Virus record (IMG/VR): IMGVR_UViG_3300033233_000031
Location: 7,489 to 71,488 of that record
Length of the DNA: 64,000 bases
Source of the DNA: a virus
Direction: 5' to 3' (one strand)
Positions 9,129 through 17,465 of the stretch are shown here, one piece after another (positions within the stretch are counted from its first letter, which is position 1; every line of letters begins with the position of its first letter). The position numbers and the translations under genes are program-made. Under the pieces are notes generated by a model. That model searched no databases. It worked only from the letters and a program-made list of their open reading frames with translations, and was not told the DNA's origin.

Positions 9129-11207
9129 ATGCCGGTGAAGGAAATCTGGAATCTCCGTCTTACGCCCGAGACGAAGCGTCGCTGGTCGGAAGTCGCGCAG
9201 GAGCGAGGATACGACTCTCTCTCCGACTACGTTCGCTCGGTCGTCACCGAGGACGCGCTCTCCCAGGAGGAAGATCTCGCGGGCATGAAGACCTGCCTCG
9301 CGTGCGGGAACGACATCCCGATGGACGCGCAGAAGTGCCCCGACTGCAGCAGCGACCAGACGGACTTCGTGCTCGACACGGGGGACGTCGGCGAGTACGG
9401 CATGAGCGAGGAGAAGAGCGAGGAGCTCGCCGTCGCCGAAGCCCCGCCAGCAGAAGACGAGGCCGAGGCCGAGCTGCAGAGCGAGCCCTGGGAAGGCGTC
9501 ATGGGCACGATCGGTTCACCGACGACCGATGGCCGCTACTTGATCCCGGACAAAATCGGATCACGCGAACTGCCGGTCGAGTTCCACATGCAGCCGCAAC
9601 TGGCCGACGGCCACGACGGCGCAGTCCCGGTTGGCCGGATCGACTCCATCGAGCTCATCCCGTTCTCGCAGTTCGATCGCGCAGACGAGTTCTACGACGA
9701 GGAGCAGCTCGCGAGCATGCCCGAGCATGCCGTCGTCGTCTGGGGCGAAGGTGAGCTCAACGGGCCGAGCATGCCCGAGGCAAAGCGCCGGATCGAGAAC
9801 GGCGCGGACGTCTCCATTGACGGCCTCCAGATGGACGGCACGCTCTGGGACTCGGAGACGTACGCCGAGATCGATACCGAGGACCTCGGCCTCGATCAGA
9901 TCCTCTCCGGGCTTTCCACTGGCGAGTACATGCAGGGCCTCTCCGGAGACATCGGCGGTCTGACGATCGTCTCGATCGGCGCCTTCAAGGAGGCGCGCGT
10001 GGTCACGGCGAGCGCCAGCCTCCGGATCGTCGAGACGAAGAGCACGGTTGCGGAGCGCTTCGCAGTTCTCGTCGCCGCGGCCGGCCCGATGAAGCCGCCC
10101 AAGGAGTGGTTTGAGGACCCGCTGCTCAAGAAGCTGACACCGCTCAAGATCAGCAAGGACGGCCGCGTCTTCGGTCACCTGGCCGACTGGAACGGCTGTC
10201 ACGTCGGCTTCCTCGGCGTCTGCGTCCCGCCCTTCCAGTCGCCCTCGAACTTCGCCTACTTCAATGTCGGCGAGATCGAGACGGCAGAGGGAGATCTCGT
10301 TCCCTGCGGCAAGCTGATGTTCTCGATGGACGGCGGCAAGCATGCGCCGACGGATCCGCGACTCGGCTACCAGGAGATCATGCGCCACTACGACGACGCC
10401 ACGAAGGTCGGCGCGTTCGTCAGGGCTGGCGCAGATCGCTTCGGCACCTGGCTCGCCGGCGCCCTGCGACCCGGGCTGAACGACATCGAGATCCAGCACC
10501 TCCGTTCGCATCCGCCGTCGGGCGACTGGCGCCCGATCCGCGGTGGATCATCAGAGCTGCTCGCGGCCTTCGCAGTCGCAGTGCCTGGGTTCCCGATCCC
10601 ACGCGGCGAGGCGCTCGTTGCCTCGGCCGGTGGCGACATCAGCGCGATCATCACGGCCCCGCTCGCGATCGACGAGAAGGAGAGCGAGAGGTCTCGGCGT
10701 CGCCAGCAGCGGCTCAGTGAGGCCATGGGTATTCGGACGGGGGAGAAGTCCCGCGCCGAGATGCGTCGCGAGCTCGCCGCCAAGATGGCCGGAGGAAAGA
10801 AGAAGATGCCCCTGGCCGAGATCCCGCTGTGGATGACAGCGGATGAACTCAGCGAGCTGGCGATGGACCATGCCAAGGCTGCCGACTGGGCCCAGCAGGT
10901 CGTCGACCTCGGGAACAAGCTGGTCGCGCATGAGCACGAGGCACAGGCGGAGGATGCGAAGGAAGGCGAGAAGCCGGGCATGGCCTTGATCGAAGCTCTC
11001 GCTCCTTCAGCTGACCAGCGTCGTCAGTGGGCGAAGTCGGGCATCGCCATGTCTGACGGCTCCTTCCCGATCACCAAGTGCTCGGGCGCCGGAACTTCCG
11101 CCGAGAACGCACGTCGGGCAATCGGCCGAGCTCCGGCAGCTAAGCGCGCTTCCGTCAAGGCCCACATCTCCACTCGCGAAAAGGCCCTCGGCTGCAGTAG
11201 CGACTAG
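9129..11207 (+). CDS. capsid maturation protease with N-terminal RHH-like and zinc-ribbon domains and a small C-terminal domain
   Basis: GRVFGHLADWNGCHVG, HYDD, GTWLAGALRP, SGDWR and AVAVPGFP motifs as in cluster B-like actinophages; position between portal and capsid. Confidence 0.75.
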   Translation: MPVKEIWNLRLTPETKRRWSEVAQERGYDSLSDYVRSVVTEDALSQEEDLAGMKTCLACGNDIPMDAQKCPDCSSDQTDFVLDTGDVGEYGMSEEKSEELAVAEAPPAEDEAEAELQSEPWEGVMGTIGSPTTDGRYLIPDKIGSRELPVEFHMQPQLADGHDGAVPVGRIDSIELIPFSQFDRADEFYDEEQLASMPEHAVVVWGEGELNGPSMPEAKRRIENGADVSIDGLQMDGTLWDSETYAEIDTEDLGLDQILSGLSTGEYMQGLSGDIGGLTIVSIGAFKEARVVTASASLRIVETKSTVAERFAVLVAAAGPMKPPKEWFEDPLLKKLTPLKISKDGRVFGHLADWNGCHVGFLGVCVPPFQSPSNFAYFNVGEIETAEGDLVPCGKLMFSMDGGKHAPTDPRLGYQEIMRHYDDATKVGAFVRAGADRFGTWLAGALRPGLNDIEIQHLRSHPPSGDWRPIRGGSSELLAAFAVAVPGFPIPRGEALVASAGGDISAIITAPLAIDEKESERSRRRQQRLSEAMGIRTGEKSRAEMRRELAAKMAGGKKKMPLAEIPLWMTADELSELAMDHAKAADWAQQVVDLGNKLVAHEHEAQAEDAKEGEKPGMALIEALAPSADQRRQWAKSGIAMSDGSFPITKCSGAGTSAENARRAIGRAPAAKRASVKAHISTREKALGCSSD

Positions 11208-11218
11208 GCGACGCCAAG

Positions 11219-11771
11219 ATGCCGCCAGCAGATATTCGTCGACATGATCGGGTGAATCACGGCTCGCCTAGTGAGGTCGACGTCGAGCGCGTGCGTATTC
11301 ATGGCGAGGGCTGGCGCACCGTACCCAGGGTTGACGGCAGCGGTTCGCTGCCCGACCCTCTGACCACCGCGCTCCACATCGCGCCGACCGATGACACGCT
11401 CTCCGAGGTTCTGACGATCGTTCTTCCGGCCGGGTACTTCGACAACGGTGGCTCGGGCGTCTTCAAGATCACCGACGAGAACGGCGTCGTGCTCTTCTCG
11501 ACCGACAATACTGGCCACGTAGCGTTGCGCGCCCCGAGCGCACAGATTGCCCAACTCACTCTCAACGATGTTGACAGCGACGGGTCGTTCTCCGCTGATA
11601 GCCACGGACAAGTTCAAGGACAGTTTCTCTGTCCAGGAACAGCCCGACGGAACGCTCTCATTCTTTGGCCAGGTGCAGACGGCTCAGCCGGTCGTACCTC
11701 TGACCACGCCGAACGTCCAGCAAGTCATCGACGCACTTGTCAACCTCGGGCTGGTCGCCCAGCACGACTGA
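11219..11771 (+). CDS. fibre-like structural protein, apparently split by a +1 frame change near 11624
   Basis: Beta-rich 0 frame; the +1 frame gives LSFFGQVQTAQPVVP...VIDALVNLGLV, a typical fibre C-terminus. Confidence 0.5.
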
Positions 11772-11792
11772 CGTAGGACGCGAATCGAGATT

Positions 11793-12461
11793 CTGATCCC
11801 GACGAGAGTCGCCGCGCGCATCCAGGCTCATCCGAGTCGGGAGCATCTCTGGCCTGCGCTGATCGAATCGCTTGCTCCGCTCCCCGTCGAGGTGAGCGTC
11901 CACTCAAGTGAACCGCCGAGTCCCTGGGCTGGCTACAAGCAGGCGCTCACCGATCCACCGAACTGCACGCATCTGCTCGTGCTGCAGGAGGACGTCCAGG
12001 TCTGCCGCAATTTACCGCTAGCGGTAGAGAGGATCGCTGACGCGAAACCTGACAATCCTGTCTGCCTTTTCCTCAGCTGGCTGCCACCGCGTCTCGCGAA
12101 GGACGCGCGTCTCGCGGCGAAGATAGGTCAGCGCTACATCCAGGTGATGCCAGCCAACTTCTGCCCCGTGGTCGCAGTGCTCTGGCCGGTAGACGCCGCC
12201 GCTCGCTTTCTCGACTGGTCATCCCGCGCGAAGCTGCCAGGGCATCCCGGTCGAGTAGGTTCGGACGACGCGGTGCTCGGCGACTGGATCAAGCGGATGC
12301 GCGAGGTCGTCTGGATCACGGTGCCGAGTCTCGTCGAGCACCCCGACATGGTGCCCTCAGTGAAGGGTCGGAATAACGTCGGTTGGGGCAAGGACAAGAA
12401 CCGCGTGGCGCTGAACTGGATCGGTCGCGAGCGAGATCCGCTCGAGCTCGACTGGTCGTAG
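11793..12461 (+). CDS. GT-A-like glycosyltransferase (start uncertain)
   Basis: IQAHPSR, LVLQEDV, DDAVLG and PSLVEH motifs; first canonical start (11892) lies downstream of the AHPSR motif. Confidence 0.6.
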   Translation: MIPTRVAARIQAHPSREHLWPALIESLAPLPVEVSVHSSEPPSPWAGYKQALTDPPNCTHLLVLQEDVQVCRNLPLAVERIADAKPDNPVCLFLSWLPPRLAKDARLAAKIGQRYIQVMPANFCPVVAVLWPVDAAARFLDWSSRAKLPGHPGRVGSDDAVLGDWIKRMREVVWITVPSLVEHPDMVPSVKGRNNVGWGKDKNRVALNWIGRERDPLELDWS

Positions 12462-12560
12462 CGGTACCGACCCACGCTCTCTTCATCATGGGTTGAAATC
12501 GCTATCAGAGTCGCTCGTCGTTGCGGTATCGCCTTCTGCCGCGGACGACAGTGGGTTGAC

Positions 12561-13262
12561 ATGGAAGACGCGATCTCCGAAGCAACCCTCGCCTGCCTCG
12601 AGGAACTGCCTGGCTTCGACCCTGACGTCTACGGCAGGGACATCAGCGGCTTCCTCGGCCAGCGGGCGAACTGGCGGCTGCTCGACTGGCAGCGGCGGGA
12701 GAAGGTGTTCAGCGTCCGCACCACCCGACGCGGCGAGGACGGAATCGAACGGAAGGTGCAGGAGCTCGTGCCCTGGCGTCCCGACATGCTCGTCGAGGCG
12801 TTCGGCCCAGTCGAAGACGTCGTCGACGACCTGGCGCTCGCCCACCGGAACGAACCCGCCGTCGTCGAACACGGCTACGAGCTCGTCGAAGCCCTTGACT
12901 TCCACCGCCGCCTCGTCAAAGCCAGGGCGAAATTCGCCGACGACCCGCTCCGCTGGCATGCCATCACAAGGAACGCGCGCCTCGTAGCCGCCGGCGCAGA
13001 AACGAGGATCGTGCATAACCAGGTGTACGTCGTAGGCTCTCCTCTCTCCCCCACCGAACGGCTGGCGATCATCGGCGCCGCCCGCGGCGAGACAAGCGAC
13101 ACGACAGCCGCCCGGCTACACAAAAGCCCTGAGACGATCAAGGCTCAGAAGCGGGCGGTAATTGCCCGGTTGGGCGCCCACAACATGACTCACGCCGTCG
13201 CGCTCGCCTTCGCGAAAAACATACTTCAGCCGTCCGATCTTGAGGCCGATCCCGCAGAGTAA
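12561..13262 (+). CDS. LuxR/GerE-type HTH transcriptional regulator
   Basis: LSPTERLAIIGAARGETSDTTAARLHKSPETIKAQKRAVIARLGAHNMTHAVALA. Confidence 0.85.
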   Translation: MEDAISEATLACLEELPGFDPDVYGRDISGFLGQRANWRLLDWQRREKVFSVRTTRRGEDGIERKVQELVPWRPDMLVEAFGPVEDVVDDLALAHRNEPAVVEHGYELVEALDFHRRLVKARAKFADDPLRWHAITRNARLVAAGAETRIVHNQVYVVGSPLSPTERLAIIGAARGETSDTTAARLHKSPETIKAQKRAVIARLGAHNMTHAVALAFAKNILQPSDLEADPAE

Positions 13263-13263
13263 T

Positions 13264-13327
13264 TTCTCGGCCGGCTGAGAATCCGCTACCGCCAGCGGTT
13301 GACGTCGTCCGATGACCAAGCTATCTT
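13264..13327 (+). promoter_or_regulatory. major capsid promoter with upstream 18-bp palindromic operator
   Basis: TTCTCGGCCGGCTGAGAA at 13264-13281; TTGACG-N17-TATCTT at 13299-13327. Confidence 0.75.
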
Positions 13328-13432
13328 GCCGCCCATCTCAGGCACTGCATAGCTCTGCCTGACGAAACGGAAGCTCCAAAGTCGACTTCCGGCGCATTCG
13401 TGTGTCGAGACCGCATAAGGAGTTTTCCAGAC

Positions 13433-15232
13433 ATGAAGACAAAGGACGCTTCCGGAGATCGTCTGTTTCCTGAGCTTCCCGAGGGCCTCTCGGGCATCTC
13501 GGACGAGGATCTCACTTCGTTCCTGCGTGAGCACGAGGCCGCTGCCGAGCTGATCAAGGTCGGCGACGAGGAGTTCCTCGACGGGCTCAACGCAGAAGAG
13601 ATCGTCGCGGAGCTGAAGGTCGGCGCAGAGCAGACCCAGCGCATTCGCGACGCCCTTGCCTCCCGTGCCGAAGGGCAGGAGGAGTTCCGCAATGCTGTCG
13701 CCGAGCTCGCCGACGCGATCACCGGCTCCGCCTCCGAGGAGGACGGGGACGAGGGTGCCGAGGCCCAGAGCGGCGAGACGCTCGCCGAAGAGACCGATGG
13801 CGAGGGTGACGGCGCAGAGGGCGACGGGACCGAAGAGGGTGACGGCGCAGAGGGCGACGGTGGCGAAGAGGCCGCCGCGGCCGATGTCGTCGAGCTCTCG
13901 GAGAAGCGCAAGGTCGCGCTTCGTCGACCGCCTTCCCCGTCAGCCGAGCGTCGGGCTGCGATCGCCACGCACGGCACACCGCTGCTCGCAGCGGCAGGCC
14001 TGCAGGAGGTCCGCAGCGCTTCGGTCATGAACCGCAAGGAGTACGCACGAGCAATTCGCATCACGGCCGAGCGCCGAGGGCGTCCGACCAAGAGTGCGAA
14101 CGGGGTCGAGGAGCGGATCCTCATCGCCTCGGCAAACTTCCCGTTCCCTCCGGATCGTCAGCTTCGCGCGGGCGATCTCGACGGAAACGCTGACAAGATC
14201 GGCGCAGTCATTCCGGGTTACATCCCGGGCGTCGGTCGGTTTAGCGGCGAGGCGCTCGTTGCCTCCGGCGGGCTGTGCGCACCGCTCGAGCCGATCTACA
14301 CGATGCCGAACTTCGCATCGCCCGCCCGCCCGGTTCGGGACTCGCTCCCGACCTTCCAGGCGGATCGCGGCGGCGTGAACGTCCCGGCAGCGTCGTACAT
14401 CGGCGACATCGACACGGCAATCACGGTGATCACCGAGGCCGAGGACGCTCTTGGCGGCACGTTCGCCACGAAGTCCTGCCAGGACCTCGACTGCCCGACG
14501 TTCACCGAGGTGCCCGTCACTGTCGTGAGCCACTGCAGGGAGTACGGGAACCTGAACGCGATGGCGTGGCCGGAGAAGATCGCGCACGAGAACGATCTGA
14601 CGATGGCCGCACACTCGCGGACAGCAGACACGTACCTGCTGCAGCGCATCAAGGCCCTGTCCATCAACGTCACCGACTCGGTCGCCGCGACGCTCAACGC
14701 CTACGCGGCGTTGGTGTCAGCGCTCGAGCGGGCGACGTCGGCAACTCGGTTCCGCCTCCGCATGGAGCCCAGCGCACAGTTCCGCGCTCTGCTTCCGGCC
14801 TGGCTGCCGGATCTGCTCGTCGCCGACGCGGCGTTCAACCAGTTCGACCGCTACCAGGTCGAGGCGGGGCTGATCGCTCAGCTCGCCCGGCTCGGTATCT
14901 CCGTGACCTGGCACCTCGATTCAGTCGCCGGTGAGGCGGCGGCCACCGACTTCGCAGCAGAGGTTGGCGGCACGAGCCTCGACGACTTCCCGAACCAGGT
15001 GGAGTACGCGGTCTACGCGGAGGGCGCGTTCATCCACGTCGACTCCGGCTCACTCGAGCTCGGGCTCGTCCGTGACTCCACGCTCAACTCGACGAACGAC
15101 TTCCAGCTCTTCGGGGAGACCTTCGAGAACGTCGCCCTTCTCGGGCCGGCGCAGAGCGCGCTGTGGATCAAACAGGACATCTGCCCGAATGGCGTCTTCC
15201 CGGCACTCGGGACGGCGATCACCTGCTCGTAA
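13433..15232 (+). CDS. major capsid (hexamer-type) protein with N-terminal acidic scaffold-like region
   Basis: TAAGGAG RBS; ALVASGGLCAPLEPIY, DRGGV and LELGLVRDSTLNSTND motifs; coiled-coil plus Glu/Gly/Asp-rich N-terminus. Confidence 0.88.
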   Translation: MKTKDASGDRLFPELPEGLSGISDEDLTSFLREHEAAAELIKVGDEEFLDGLNAEEIVAELKVGAEQTQRIRDALASRAEGQEEFRNAVAELADAITGSASEEDGDEGAEAQSGETLAEETDGEGDGAEGDGTEEGDGAEGDGGEEAAAADVVELSEKRKVALRRPPSPSAERRAAIATHGTPLLAAAGLQEVRSASVMNRKEYARAIRITAERRGRPTKSANGVEERILIASANFPFPPDRQLRAGDLDGNADKIGAVIPGYIPGVGRFSGEALVASGGLCAPLEPIYTMPNFASPARPVRDSLPTFQADRGGVNVPAASYIGDIDTAITVITEAEDALGGTFATKSCQDLDCPTFTEVPVTVVSHCREYGNLNAMAWPEKIAHENDLTMAAHSRTADTYLLQRIKALSINVTDSVAATLNAYAALVSALERATSATRFRLRMEPSAQFRALLPAWLPDLLVADAAFNQFDRYQVEAGLIAQLARLGISVTWHLDSVAGEAAATDFAAEVGGTSLDDFPNQVEYAVYAEGAFIHVDSGSLELGLVRDSTLNSTNDFQLFGETFENVALLGPAQSALWIKQDICPNGVFPALGTAITCS

Positions 15233-15250
15233 GGACCGAAGATCGGAAAT

Positions 15251-15302
15251 GGGGAGATGAGGCAAAGATGACCACCACAAGTCACCAGAGCCTCATCTCC
15301 CC
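15251..15302. promoter_or_regulatory. intergenic stem-loop after the capsid gene
   Basis: Perfect 13-bp inverted repeat GGGGAGATGAGGC/GCCTCATCTCCCC with inner TGAC/GTCA stem; no U-tract. Confidence 0.7.
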
Positions 15303-15327
15303 GTACGCCCACGAGGAGGTTCACTAG

Positions 15328-15984
15328 ATGGCGATTAACTGTGGGCCGAGCTTCGGGCTTTGCGCGCTCCGCGTGACCTTGCTCGATGACGTCGGCAATG
15401 TTGCCGCAGGAAACAACACGTACGTCACCGACAAGCAGATCTCGCTCGCTTTCCAGCCGAACATCGACACAGGCAACACGTTCTCGCTGCGAAACGGGTG
15501 CGGCTGCTCTCTCGCCAAGTTCAAGGCGGAAGACGTCTTCAACTGGTGGGAGTTCACGTTCACCGACGGTGCTCTCGAGCCCGAACTCACCACGCTGATG
15601 GTGGGCGGGACGACGATCTCCGACGGCGGAACGGTCGGTCAGCACTTCCCGGGTGACCTCGCCTGCGACGAGGCTCGCCGTCAGGTCGCTCTGGAGATCT
15701 GGACCCAGCACATCGTGGGTTCCAACAAGGATGCGACCTTCCCGTACATCCACTGGGTCTTCCCGGCGTCCGTGTGGCAGTACTCGAGCAACACGGCTCA
15801 GGACGACTTCATGAATCCGGTGCTCACGGGCTTCTCGCGCTCGAACGAGCTCTGGGGCGGCGGCCCGTACGGCGACGGCCCCCCGGATGGTTCCGACGTT
15901 GGGTCGAACGGTTCGTACTGGAAGACCGCAGATCTTCCGCCGGCCGCCGACTGCGTCACGTCTGCTGTCACGCCAGGCAGCTAA
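15328..15984 (+). CDS. major tail protein
   Basis: LRVTLLDDVG, RNGCG, ALEIWT, YIHWVFP and WGGGPY motifs as in cluster B-like tail tube proteins. Confidence 0.7.
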   Translation: MAINCGPSFGLCALRVTLLDDVGNVAAGNNTYVTDKQISLAFQPNIDTGNTFSLRNGCGCSLAKFKAEDVFNWWEFTFTDGALEPELTTLMVGGTTISDGGTVGQHFPGDLACDEARRQVALEIWTQHIVGSNKDATFPYIHWVFPASVWQYSSNTAQDDFMNPVLTGFSRSNELWGGGPYGDGPPDGSDVGSNGSYWKTADLPPAADCVTSAVTPGS

Positions 15985-16008
15985 GGACAAGAGGAGGAGG
16001 GTCAACAG

Positions 16009-16854
16009 ATGAGCGTTACGGCAGTAGGGCCCGCTTATCCCCTGGTTGGCCCTCCTCCACATCGGCGAGAGCACGCGCTGCTCTCCATTCCGGGCGTCCT
16101 TGTCGACGACCCGTCGGATCCACCGCGCTGGCTGACCCAGGTCAACGTCATCGGCTACCCCGATGGCGTGCCACAGCTCTGGGAGGCCTGTTCCAGCGGA
16201 ACGGATCGCGTAAAGGGCTCTGCCAGCCCGCGGCCGCAAGGGACGTTCAACCCCTTCGCGGCCGTGTTCCCGCTGGAGTGCTGGACGGCCAGCATCGGAC
16301 CCTTCACAGAGTTCTACGGCCAGGCAGATGCCGCACTCGACGCAACGCTCTCGCACAGCATCGAGGAAGCGCTCGCCCAGGGCATCGACACCAACCCCTT
16401 CTTTGGAGACACGGGCTTCATCAGTCTCGGCCTGAACGTCTCGCCGATCATCGGTCTCGCGATGCTTGAGAACGCGATCGGCTTCGACACCGGGCGCGAG
16501 GGCATGATCCATGCCTCTCCGGCCATCGTCGCTCAGTGGACGTATGGCAACAACCTCTACATCGACGACGAGGGCGTGCTCCGCACCTACAACGACACGC
16601 CGGTCGCCGCAGGTAGCGGCTACATCGGCCGTCATCCGACAGGCGGCGGTGGTCTGCCGGCGGCGACTGCGACGAGCGACTGGGCGTATGCGACGGGTCC
16701 CGTCGAGGTCAGAGTCGAGGCGGAGCCGCGGCATCGAATCGAGGAGACGCTCGATCGCAACGACAACACCGTGATCGTGTACTCCGAGCGCTACGTCCTC
16801 GCCGAGTGGGACACCGCTCTGCAGGTTGGGGTTCTCATTGACTGGACGTTGTGA
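16009..16854 (+). CDS. second capsid protein (pentamer-type)
   Basis: PFAAV..EC, GMIHASP, TPVAAGSGY, WAYATGPV and SERYVL motifs recalled from actinophage capsid pentamer proteins. Confidence 0.65.
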   Translation: MSVTAVGPAYPLVGPPPHRREHALLSIPGVLVDDPSDPPRWLTQVNVIGYPDGVPQLWEACSSGTDRVKGSASPRPQGTFNPFAAVFPLECWTASIGPFTEFYGQADAALDATLSHSIEEALAQGIDTNPFFGDTGFISLGLNVSPIIGLAMLENAIGFDTGREGMIHASPAIVAQWTYGNNLYIDDEGVLRTYNDTPVAAGSGYIGRHPTGGGGLPAATATSDWAYATGPVEVRVEAEPRHRIEETLDRNDNTVIVYSERYVLAEWDTALQVGVLIDWTL

Positions 16855-16855
16855 G

Positions 16856-17350
16856 CTACAGGACATCCGCCCAGATATGACCATTGCGAACCGCAGATAC
16901 GAGCGACTGGCTGACTTCGAGATCGCGAGCAAGTCGCGTCCCGGAAAGTTCGCTCGCGCGAATAAATCGCACTCGGTCAGGGGTGAGCTTCGCGGCGCGC
17001 CGTTGATTCTCAAGCTGCGTGACCGCTTCAAGATGCGCCGCGTTCACGCACAGAGTCACGCGACAGAGATGGTCGAGTTGAAGTCCCTTCGGAACCGGGC
17101 CGATTCCGTTCTCGTAAGCAACACGGTGGGCCGCTCGGTATCGCCCGTGGATGTAGACGCGACCGTATCGTCCCGGCTTGCCGTCCCGACTTCCAGAGCG
17201 AGCTCCTACCCAGACATGGCATGGGCTTTCGTAACCCATGTCTCGAATCTCGAACTGAGACATCGGATCAGCACGAAGAGATGGGCGCACATGCTGCGCG
17301 GCGTACTGCGCAAGTTCGCCACAACCGCATCTGCACAGATTGGTCTCCAT
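16856..17350 (-). CDS. HNH homing endonuclease with C-terminal HTH
   Basis: CRCGCG, PCHVWVG, AAHRVAY and LDHLCRVTLCVNAAHLEAVT motifs. Confidence 0.9.
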   Translation of the reverse strand: METNLCRCGCGELAQYAAQHVRPSLRADPMSQFEIRDMGYESPCHVWVGARSGSRDGKPGRYGRVYIHGRYRAAHRVAYENGIGPVPKGLQLDHLCRVTLCVNAAHLEAVTQLENQRRAAKLTPDRVRFIRASELSGTRLARDLEVSQSLVSAVRNGHIWADVL

Positions 17351-17465
17351 CGACTGGAGCACATGATGAATCTCGGATCGGACAATCGCTGCCGGGGGTG
17401 CTACCGCTAGGCCCTGACGCTCCCGTCGTGAGTGCCGGGGGCGTCGGAGGAGTGACGGGAGGCCT

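Noticed and set aside
13355-13395. Hammerhead ribozyme suggested by CTGACGA
   Set aside because: No GAAA after the following stem and no closing core
15013-17031. 672-aa minus-strand ORF
   Set aside because: Antisense shadow of the capsid and tail genes in high-GC DNA; Arg-rich with no motifs
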